32,000 nt of DNA. Source: Halorhodospira halophila SL1 (lineage in GTDB: Bacteria > Pseudomonadota > Gammaproteobacteria > Nitrococcales > Halorhodospiraceae). The stretch is taken from contig NC_008789.1 in NCBI RefSeq assembly GCF_000015585.1, forward strand, positions 1,860,001-1,892,000, read 5' to 3'. The notes below the pieces were generated by a model. That model was not told the origin of the DNA, made no database searches, and worked only from the letters and a program-made list of their open reading frames with translations. Positions 17,432 through 27,567 of the stretch are shown in pieces; position 1 is the first letter of the stretch; each line of letters starts with the position of its first letter. The translations under genes and the position numbers were made by a program.

Positions 17432-19735
17432 TCAGTGTGATTGCGGGGGCTTTTGTGTGCCCCGGATCAGCGCCTCGAAATCCTCGGCTTCGAGGGGGGC
17501 GCTCAGGAGGGAGCCCTGGATGCGTTGGCAGCCCTGCTCCTGCAACCAGGTCAACTGCCGCTGGGTCTCCACGCCCTCAGCTACAGTCCTCAGCCCCATC
17601 GCCTCGGCCACGGCGAGGCTGGCCCGGACGATCGCCTCGGCGTCCTCATCCTGACCCAGTCCAGCCACGAAGGATTGGTCGATCTTGAGTTCGGCCAGCG
17701 GGAGTTGCTTGAGGTTCACCAAGGAGGTGAAGCCAGTCCCGAAATCGTCGATGGCCAGGGCGATGCCACCCTCATGGAGCCGACGGATCTCCTCCGGGAC
17801 GACCCCGGCACGCTCAGAGAGCGTACCCTCCGCGAACTCCACCTGGAGCTGCTCGGCGGCAACGCCGTAGCGAGACAGGATCCGGAAGAGCCGCTTGGTC
17901 CAATGCCCCTGCCGAAAGCTCTTGGCCGAGACATTGAACGAGATGGGAGCAGGGGGCGCATGGCCTGCCGACCATGTATTCAGCTGTTCACACAATAGCT
18001 CCTCCACGCGTCGATCCAGCTCCAGGATCAGATCGGAACGCTCAGCAATGGGGATGAACCGCCCCGGACTGATCGGTCCGGATGCGGGGTCGTGCCAACG
18101 CAACAGGGCCTCCGCCCCCACCACCCGGCCGGGGTCGCTGGCGTCGAACTGGGGCTGATAGACGAGGCGCAGCTCACCTTGCGTGAGGGCCCGGCGCAGC
18201 GCCTCCTCCAGGGCAGTATCCTTAAGGAGACGCTGGTGCAACCCAGACTCGCACAGCCGCAGCCGGTTGCGGCCATCCTCCTTGGCCCGGTACATGGCCA
18301 TATCGGCCGCCTTGCACAGGGTGTGCACATCCTCACCATCGCGCGGATACAAGGCCAACCCGGCACTGGGCGTGGCCTGCAGCTCCCGGCCATCGACCAC
18401 GAAGGTACCACCGAGGCCCTCCACTAGGCGCTGCGCAATGGATCCAACCTCCTCGGGGTCGCAATCGGTGAGCACCACGGTGAACTCGTCGCCACCGATC
18501 CGCGCGACCGTATCCACATCCCGCACCAGTTCGCCCAGTCGCTCAGCCACCTGGACCAGGAGCTCATCCCCCACCTCGTGCCCGAGGGTGTCATTGATGG
18601 TTTTGAAGTGATCCAGATCCAGGAACATCAGACCCACTTGCCCCTCATGGCGCTGGGTCTGAGCAATAGCCTGCTGAAGCCGGTCCTGGAACAGGCTGCG
18701 GTTGGGCAACCCGGTCAGGGGGTCGTGGTTGGCCAGGTACTCGCTCCTGCTGTGGGCATCCTTAAGCTGAGTGATATCCGAAAAGACCGCCACGAAGTGC
18801 TGGGGCTGGCCCGTGGCGTCATCGATACGGTTGATGGTGAGCCACTCCGGGTAGAGCTCGCCGCCTTTGCGGCGGTGCCAGATCTCGCCTTGCCAGTAGC
18901 CTGAACGGTCCAGGCTCTCCTGCTTCTCCTTATGGAAGGCCTCGCTGTGCCGTCCGGAGTCGAGCAGGGCACACACGGTGTTGCCCAGGGCCTCTCCCTC
19001 GGTATACCCCGTGATTCGGGTAAAGGCGTTGTTAATGGTCTGGACGTGACCGTCTGGGTCCGTCACCACGATCGCGTCGCCGGCATCCTCGAACACGCGG
19101 GCGGCGATCCGAAGCTGCTCCTCCGAGCGCCGACGCTCCGTAATATCCATCAGGGCACATCGGAACCGGCAGGGGCTCCGATCGGCGGTGGGCTCCACCG
19201 AGCTCTCCATCCGCACCGCGCAGGAGGCTCCTTCCGCCCAGGCCAGGGTCAGTTCGACGGCCTGTGGGGCTCGAGCAGCAGTCAGAGCGCGCCAGTGCAG
19301 GTAGAGCGCATCCTGGGCATCCACCGCCACGAAATCAGAGAGGAGCTGGCCCGTCAGATCGCCCCCCGGGGCCAGGAGATCCGCGGCCGCCCGATTGGCC
19401 TCCCAGATCCGGCCCTCGTCGTCCAGCAGGAGATAACCCACCGGAGCCCGCTGGAACAGGTCGTGGTAGCGGTCTAGGGCGGTTTCCAGTCGGTCTCGAG
19501 CCTGCTGCAGCTCCTCGTTCTGGATCCTCAGCTCCTGCTGGTGCAGTTCCAGCTCCGCCACCAGGGACTGGGTATCCGCACGGCTCCAGTCGGAGACGTC
19601 CGTCACCCTCCGCTCCAGACGCCGACGCGCCGCTTCCCGCAGGGCCTCGGGTGAAAGGGTTCTCCGCTCGTCTTCGCCCATCAAAGGGGGTTCCTTTAAG
19701 GCCATCTCATTGTCAGGACTTCCGTTACGCGACAT
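17432..19735 (-). CDS. Coiled-coil / PAS-PAS / GGDEF / EAL c-di-GMP turnover protein
   Basis: 767 aa. The N-terminal coiled coil reads ELELHQQELRIQNEELQQARDRLE. Two PAS modules follow, then RIGGDEFTVVL (GGDEF), then EALLRW, IDDFGTGFTSLVNL, KIDQSFV and QGSLLSAP (EAL). The exact start among the first 19 codons is uncertain. Confidence 0.9.
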   Translation of the reverse strand: MSRNGSPDNEMALKEPPLMGEDERRTLSPEALREAARRRLERRVTDVSDWSRADTQSLVAELELHQQELRIQNEELQQARDRLETALDRYHDLFQRAPVGYLLLDDEGRIWEANRAAADLLAPGGDLTGQLLSDFVAVDAQDALYLHWRALTAARAPQAVELTLAWAEGASCAVRMESSVEPTADRSPCRFRCALMDITERRRSEEQLRIAARVFEDAGDAIVVTDPDGHVQTINNAFTRITGYTEGEALGNTVCALLDSGRHSEAFHKEKQESLDRSGYWQGEIWHRRKGGELYPEWLTINRIDDATGQPQHFVAVFSDITQLKDAHSRSEYLANHDPLTGLPNRSLFQDRLQQAIAQTQRHEGQVGLMFLDLDHFKTINDTLGHEVGDELLVQVAERLGELVRDVDTVARIGGDEFTVVLTDCDPEEVGSIAQRLVEGLGGTFVVDGRELQATPSAGLALYPRDGEDVHTLCKAADMAMYRAKEDGRNRLRLCESGLHQRLLKDTALEEALRRALTQGELRLVYQPQFDASDPGRVVGAEALLRWHDPASGPISPGRFIPIAERSDLILELDRRVEELLCEQLNTWSAGHAPPAPISFNVSAKSFRQGHWTKRLFRILSRYGVAAEQLQVEFAEGTLSERAGVVPEEIRRLHEGGIALAIDDFGTGFTSLVNLKQLPLAELKIDQSFVAGLGQDEDAEAIVRASLAVAEAMGLRTVAEGVETQRQLTWLQEQGCQRIQGSLLSAPLEAEDFEALIRGTQKPPQSH

Positions 19736-19789
19736 CCATGTCGAGCGGGATCAGAGCCACACTGTCTTTCGAGTCTAGGCGCCGGGTAC

Positions 19790-22360
<2,571 letters not shown>

Positions 22361-22462
22361 GGGCGGATCCTGGATCCTCGGTCAACGGTCTCTAGCCTTG
22401 CCATACCCGCATAATTGCGGCCTCATGGCAATATCCGCGACGGCCCACGCTAAGGATGGGAG

Positions 22463-24874
22463 ATGAGCATGGCTGCACCCGAGCCCCTTTCACTGGAGCG
22501 CCTGTACCGGGTCTGTGATCCGGAGCAGCTCGGTTTTCGCACCACCGAGGAGCTGGCGGGCATGGACCGCCCACCCGGGCAGGAGCGGGCCTTGGAGGCG
22601 ATGGATCTGGGCGCGAACATGCGCGCCCCGGGCTTCAACCTCTTCGTCATGGGCCCGGAGGGCGACGGCAAGCTGGAGATGGTCCAGCGCCTACTGGCCG
22701 AACGCGCCGCTCGCGAGCCGACGCCCTCGGACTGGTGCTACCTGAACAACTTCGACGAGCCCACACAACCCCGCCTTCTGCGGCTACCCCCGGGCCAAGG
22801 GGCACGCTGGCGCCACGATCTGGAGCAGCTGATCGAGGAGCTGCGCAGCACCATCCCGGCCACCTTCGAGAGCGACGAGTACCAGAACCGGCTGCAGGAG
22901 CTGCAGCAGCAGCTCAACCGCCGCCAGCGTGAGGCCTTCGAGACCATCCAGAAGGAGGCCGAACAGTACGACGTCACCCTGCTGCAGACGCCCTCGGGAT
23001 TCAGCTTCGCCCCGGTGAAGGATGGCGAGGTGATCGAGCCGGAACAGTTCCAGCAGCTACCCGATGAGGAGCGCAAGCGCTACCAGGAGGCCATCGAGTT
23101 CCTGCAGGAACGACTGCAGTCCGTGGTGCAGCAGATCCCCAAGTGGCGCAAGGAGATCCAGCAGCAGGTCCGCAAGCTCAACGAGGAGATGACCCTGCTC
23201 GCGGTCGGTCAGCGCATCCAGGAGCTGCGCCAGCGCTACGGCGAGCTACCGGTGGCGGCGGCCCATCTGGACGCCATCCGCAACGACATCATCGAGCACG
23301 TGGACGCCTTCCGCTCCGGGGAGCAGGACCACGTGGAGTACATCCTCGGCCGCTACCGGGCCAATCTATTACTCGCCCACGATCCAGCCGACGGCGCCCC
23401 GGTGGTCTACGAGGACATGCCCACCCACCAGAGACTGGTGGGTCGAACGGAGCACCACGTCCATCAGGGCGCCCTGCTCACCGACTTCAATCTGATCCGC
23501 CCTGGCTCGCTGCATCAGGCCAATGGCGGTTACCTGGTCGTGGACGCCCACCGCATCCTCACCCAGCCACTGGCCTGGCCGTCGCTCAAGCGCACCTTGT
23601 CTGCCGGAGAGATCCGCATCGAATCCCTGGAGCAGGTCCACGGCTTCTGGACCACCGTCACCCTGGAGCCGGAGCCGATGCCGCTGCGTACCAAGGTGGT
23701 GCTGCTCGGCGACCGGATGGTCTACTACCTGCTCTCCGCCTACGACCCGGACTTCCCGGAACTGTTCAAGGTTGAGGCCGACCTGGAGGACGACCTCCCC
23801 CGGGACACCGAGACCCAGCAGCTCTACGCCCGCATGCTCGCCACCCTGGTTCGGCAGCGCCGTCTGCGCCACCTGGACCGCTTCGCCGTGGCGCGGGTGA
23901 TCGAGCACGGCAGCCGCATGGCCGATGACAGCGAGCGGCTGGCCGCCGGCGGGCGGGCCATCACCGATTTACTGCAGGAGGCGGATCACTACGCCACCGG
24001 CGACGGCGCCGAGATCATCGGCCAGGATCACATCGAGCGCGCCCTCGCCGCCCAAGAGCGCCGCGCCGGGCGCATCCGCGATCGCAGCCAGGAGACCATC
24101 GAGCGCGGCACCCTGGTGATCCACACCGAGGGGCACCACACCGCCTCGGTCAACGGGCTCTCGGTCCTGCAGCTGGGCGATTTCGGTTTCGGCCGTCCGA
24201 CACGGATCACCGCCACCGCCCGCCCCGGGCGCGGGCAGCTGGTGGATATCGAGCGCGAGGCCAAGCTCGGTGGCAAGATCCACTCCAAGGGGGTGATGAT
24301 CCTCTCGCGCTTTCTGGCCAGCCGCTTCGCCCCGGAGGGCGACCTGTCGCTGTCGGCAAGCCTCGCCTTCGAGCAATCCTACGGCGGAATCGACGGCGAC
24401 AGCGCGTCGGTGGCCGAGCTCTGTGCACTCTTCTCGGCCATCGGCCGCGTCCCACTGGATCACGGCATCGCCGTCACCGGCTCGCTGAACCAGCTTGGCG
24501 AGGTCCAGGCCGTGGGCGGGGTGAACGAGAAGATTGAGGGCTTCTTCGAGGTCTGTCGGCGGCGCGGGCTGACCGGGCAGCAGGGCGTGGCGCTGCCGGC
24601 AACCAACGTGCCGCATCTGATGCTGCGCCAGGAGGTGCGCGATGCGGTGGCCGCCGGGCAGTTCCACATTTACCCGCTGAGCCGCGTGGACGAGGCCCTG
24701 GAGCTGCTCACCGGTCTACCCGCCGGTGTCTGCGACGACGCCGGCGAGTACCCGCAGGGGTCGGTGAACCGCGCTGTCGCCGACCGCCTGGTGCAGTTCG
24801 CCAAGAGCCAGCGTCGCCGCGGCGACGGCGACGCCGGAGACACCCCGGACACCGCGGAGGATGACGATGACTGA
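22463..24874 (+). CDS. Lon-like protease (COG1067/LonC-like) with a helical insertion in the AAA module and a C-terminal Ser-Lys protease domain
   Basis: 803 aa. The N-terminus is CDPEQLGFRTTEEL...GQERALEAMDLG. The P-loop-like motif is FVMGPEGDGKLE. A coiled insertion spans roughly residues 130-290. Then come ANGGYLVVDAH, and the protease motifs GIDGDSASVAELCALFSA and VGGVNEKIEGFF. Confidence 0.85.
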   Translation: MSMAAPEPLSLERLYRVCDPEQLGFRTTEELAGMDRPPGQERALEAMDLGANMRAPGFNLFVMGPEGDGKLEMVQRLLAERAAREPTPSDWCYLNNFDEPTQPRLLRLPPGQGARWRHDLEQLIEELRSTIPATFESDEYQNRLQELQQQLNRRQREAFETIQKEAEQYDVTLLQTPSGFSFAPVKDGEVIEPEQFQQLPDEERKRYQEAIEFLQERLQSVVQQIPKWRKEIQQQVRKLNEEMTLLAVGQRIQELRQRYGELPVAAAHLDAIRNDIIEHVDAFRSGEQDHVEYILGRYRANLLLAHDPADGAPVVYEDMPTHQRLVGRTEHHVHQGALLTDFNLIRPGSLHQANGGYLVVDAHRILTQPLAWPSLKRTLSAGEIRIESLEQVHGFWTTVTLEPEPMPLRTKVVLLGDRMVYYLLSAYDPDFPELFKVEADLEDDLPRDTETQQLYARMLATLVRQRRLRHLDRFAVARVIEHGSRMADDSERLAAGGRAITDLLQEADHYATGDGAEIIGQDHIERALAAQERRAGRIRDRSQETIERGTLVIHTEGHHTASVNGLSVLQLGDFGFGRPTRITATARPGRGQLVDIEREAKLGGKIHSKGVMILSRFLASRFAPEGDLSLSASLAFEQSYGGIDGDSASVAELCALFSAIGRVPLDHGIAVTGSLNQLGEVQAVGGVNEKIEGFFEVCRRRGLTGQQGVALPATNVPHLMLRQEVRDAVAAGQFHIYPLSRVDEALELLTGLPAGVCDDAGEYPQGSVNRAVADRLVQFAKSQRRRGDGDAGDTPDTAEDDDD

Positions 24875-25712
24875 GCACACGCCGGAGCGGGGGACGCCGC
24901 GCCGGGTCGTGGTCCTGCTGGATGCCTCGCGCGCCAGCCTGGAGGCCCTCGAGGCCGCCGCCGAGATAGCGGCCCACCGTCGGGCCGAACTGCTGGCGAT
25001 CTTCGTCGAGGAGGAGGCCCTGCTGCGCTGCGCCGGATACCCCTGGGCCCGCGAGGTGGGCCTCTCCGGGGCCACCCGCCCCCTGGAGACCGACATCGAA
25101 GAGCAGCGCATGCGCACCCGCGCCGAGGAGATCCGCCGCGCCTTGGCGTACACCGGTCAGCGCCGGGGCGTGCACTACCGCCTGGAGGTCTGCCGGGGCG
25201 GGGTCGTCCGCGAGACCCTCAGTCTGGTCGACCGCGATGACCTGCTGATACTCGGCAAGGTGGGCTACGCCCGCGCCCGCGGGCTGCGCATCGGCTCCAC
25301 GGCCCGCGCCATCGTCTTCGGCACGCCGGGGCCGGTGATGGTCTTCGAGCGGCCAGTGCGGCCCCGGACGGGACACGGCGTGGCCGTGGTCGTCGAGCCC
25401 GGCGAGCCGGGCGTCGAGACGCTGACCCGTGCCGCCGCCCTGCTCGGCGAGAGTGAGACCCTGGCCCGGATCATCCCCGACCACACTGCCCCCTCACCCC
25501 CTGGCGACAACCCGACCCGCGCCTGGGCGGCCCGACACTGCCCCGACGCCCAGTGGCTGACGCCCGCCGGGTCGCCGACGGCCCTGGCCCGGCACCTCAG
25601 CCACGCCCCCGTGGACAAGCTGATCATCAGCCGCCGCAGCGCCCTGCTGGCCGAGCACAACACCCGCTCGCTGATCGAGACGGTGCAACTCCCGGTGCTG
25701 GTGGTGCCCTAG
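24861..25712 (+). CDS. Tandem universal-stress-protein (USP)-like protein
   Basis: 283 aa. The first half has a USP-like layout: VVVLLDASRASLEALEAAAEIA, then a G-x2-G-x9-G-S motif (GKVGYARARGLRIGST), then PVMVF. The second half is a degenerate repeat ending LPVLVVP. It overlaps the Lon-like gene by 14 nt. The family call rests on a weak motif match only. Confidence 0.55.
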   Translation: MTMTEHTPERGTPRRVVVLLDASRASLEALEAAAEIAAHRRAELLAIFVEEEALLRCAGYPWAREVGLSGATRPLETDIEEQRMRTRAEEIRRALAYTGQRRGVHYRLEVCRGGVVRETLSLVDRDDLLILGKVGYARARGLRIGSTARAIVFGTPGPVMVFERPVRPRTGHGVAVVVEPGEPGVETLTRAAALLGESETLARIIPDHTAPSPPGDNPTRAWAARHCPDAQWLTPAGSPTALARHLSHAPVDKLIISRRSALLAEHNTRSLIETVQLPVLVVP

Positions 25713-26497
25713 TCGCCGCCGCGCGGCCCCGGTGGCGCCGGTGCCCGGGCGGCCGCCTGGTACTCGTACTCGATCTCCGCCAGGCGGCGCTCGAACTCGG
25801 CGCGGAAGCCAGCCTCGACGCCCTCGATCTCCTGCTGCTTGGCGCGGCGGCAGCCGGCGATCAGGCCGCTGTCCACGGCGCGGGAGCCCGGCCGTACCGC
25901 CGGGAAGATCAGCACCCCGGTCAGCGCGTGCTCATCCAGCCAGGCCAGCTGGCGTAGCGCCTCGGGAACCAGCTCCGGGTCGGCCTCGGCGGCGGTGCTG
26001 CGGTGGAGCCACAGCACGCGACCGGGGCCACGCCCCTCGAATCCGAAGCGCCGGCGACCCGCCCCGCGCCCGCTATCGGCCTCCCGCAACCAGCGCGCGG
26101 CACTGCCCTCGGCAAGGACCTCGTCTACCTGACGGATCAGCCCCTGCGCTTCGTCCAGCGCCGTCGCGTAGGCCTCTAGATTGCGGTGGGCCACTGCCAC
26201 GCACGCGCCGGCGTAGCCCGCCCGGCGGCTGGCATCGAGGCGGCGGACCAGCGTGCCGATGAGATCCAGCCGACCACCGGGCTCGGGATCGGCGCCATCC
26301 TGGTAGCGCACCACGCGGCGGAAGACCACTTGCTCCTTGGCCGCCGGCAGCGCATGGTCGTCGCCGCCGCGGCCGCGGAACTCCACCGCCTGGGGGAACC
26401 CGGCCAGCCCCGCCAGGGCGCCACTACCGTGGACCGTCAAGCCGCGCACCGTGGCGAAGGCGCACCGACCGAGGATCGCCGGCGCCCCTTCGGTCAT
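25709..26497 (-). CDS. Hypothetical protein, third gene of the membrane/NTPase cassette; no recognisable family
   Basis: This is the last 262 codons (MTEGAPAILGRCAF...EIEYEYQAAARAPAPPGPRGGD) of the 574-aa track ORF 25709..27433. The upstream 312 codons of that ORF are the wrong frame of the NTPase gene. The ATG overlaps the NTPase stop (ATGA). Composition is protein-like, with an Arg/Gly-rich loop. Confidence 0.55.
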   Translation of the reverse strand: MTEGAPAILGRCAFATVRGLTVHGSGALAGLAGFPQAVEFRGRGGDDHALPAAKEQVVFRRVVRYQDGADPEPGGRLDLIGTLVRRLDASRRAGYAGACVAVAHRNLEAYATALDEAQGLIRQVDEVLAEGSAARWLREADSGRGAGRRRFGFEGRGPGRVLWLHRSTAAEADPELVPEALRQLAWLDEHALTGVLIFPAVRPGSRAVDSGLIAGCRRAKQQEIEGVEAGFRAEFERRLAEIEYEYQAAARAPAPPGPRGGD

Positions 26498-27549
26498 AGG
26501 CGCAGCCACTCCAGGATCCGCTGCCACCAGGTCGGCCCCATCCGCCCGCCGCCGAACTGGCCGTAGATCCAGGCGAAGATGTCGCGGATATCGTCGTAGT
26601 CCGGCTCCTGCAGACGCGGCCCGTGCTCGCCGTCGGCCACCGTGCCCAGATGCAGGGCCATGAGCTGCACCCGATCCTGGTGAGTCCAGCCGTCGAGGAT
26701 GCGGTAGGTGCGCGGCGCAAAGCGCTGCACGAAGGCCTCGCAGGCGTCGGCGCTGAGCTCCTCGTGACGGCGGTAGCGCTCGTCCCGCTCCTGCAGCCGC
26801 TGCAGGGCCTGTTCCGGCTTGGAGACCAGCACCGCCAGCGAAGTCCGCTCGCGCAGCGACGGGAAGTGCAGATCGAGGAAGGCGAGCAGGTTCTGGAAGA
26901 GGATGTCGTTCTCTTCGCCTTGCTCGGGATCGACCACCAGCACCAGGATCAACCGCAGCTGCTCGTTGGCGAAGTAGCGACTCAGGGTCTCGATCATGGC
27001 CGGGTCGCGCACCCGGTCGGCCACCACCTGGGTCATGAGCTCGCCGGAGGCCTCGAGGAAACTCAGATCCACCGGTTCGCCACCGCCCTGCAGCGGCCGA
27101 ACCCGGAAGCTCAGCTCGCGGATGTCGCCCTCGTCCACCGGGTTCGCCGGCGGGAAGCGCCCCTGCCCCCAAATGCGCATCCATTCGTTGAAGATGGCCA
27201 TCGGCTCCCAACCCTGGACGCTCTCCTCCGGGGTGATGAGCGGCTGGGCCTCGAAGGGGCCGATGTGGGTGACGTAGTAGGCCAGAAAGGACTGGAAAGT
27301 GGTCTTGCCGGACCCCGGGAAGCCGAAGGAGATCAGGTAATTGCCCTGGCGCTGGTCGATGTTGTCGTCGAGCAGCGCGCCGCGCTGCACCGGCTCCTCG
27401 TCGGCGGCCAGACGCTCCTCGGGGGACGGCCAAGGCGAAGGTGCCGGGGTGGGCCCCTCATCACCGGCCTCGGTGACGGGCTGCTCCTGCTCCGGTCGGC
27501 GCTCGTAATAGCGCCGCAACTGCCAGCGTGACTCCCTGGGTTCGACCAC
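26494..27549 (-). CDS. P-loop NTPase with GTPase-like G1/G3/G4/G5 motif order; family unassigned
   Basis: 351 aa. Walker A is ISFGFPGSGKTTF (about 27298..27324). Later motifs are DLSFLEASGE, LILVLVVDP, AVLVSKPE and LSADA. The N-terminal 70 aa are acidic and Pro-rich, and the tail is Trp-rich (GPTWWQRILEWLRL). A strong AAGGAGG SD lies 7 nt before the GTG start. Confidence 0.75.
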   Translation of the reverse strand: MVEPRESRWQLRRYYERRPEQEQPVTEAGDEGPTPAPSPWPSPEERLAADEEPVQRGALLDDNIDQRQGNYLISFGFPGSGKTTFQSFLAYYVTHIGPFEAQPLITPEESVQGWEPMAIFNEWMRIWGQGRFPPANPVDEGDIRELSFRVRPLQGGGEPVDLSFLEASGELMTQVVADRVRDPAMIETLSRYFANEQLRLILVLVVDPEQGEENDILFQNLLAFLDLHFPSLRERTSLAVLVSKPEQALQRLQERDERYRRHEELSADACEAFVQRFAPRTYRILDGWTHQDRVQLMALHLGTVADGEHGPRLQEPDYDDIRDIFAWIYGQFGGGRMGPTWWQRILEWLRL

Positions 27550-27567
27550 TGCTCCCCTCCTTGCCCG

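Noticed and set aside
22361-22462. Nested inverted repeat TTGCCAT...CCGCA-TAAT-TGCGG...ATGGCAA and a duplicated GGATCC between the CheB-CheR and Lon-like genes
   Set aside because: The arms are short (7 bp and 5 bp) and could arise by chance. The hexamer spacing does not fit a sigma70 promoter. It is noted only as a place to look for an operator if the promoters are mapped.
26498-27433. N-terminal 312 codons of the 574-aa ORF 25709..27433, plus the plus-strand ORF 26623..27531
   Set aside because: Both overlap the NTPase gene in other frames. The sequences are Arg/Gly/Pro/Ala runs. The NTPase frame has a Walker A motif, a strong SD and protein-like composition.
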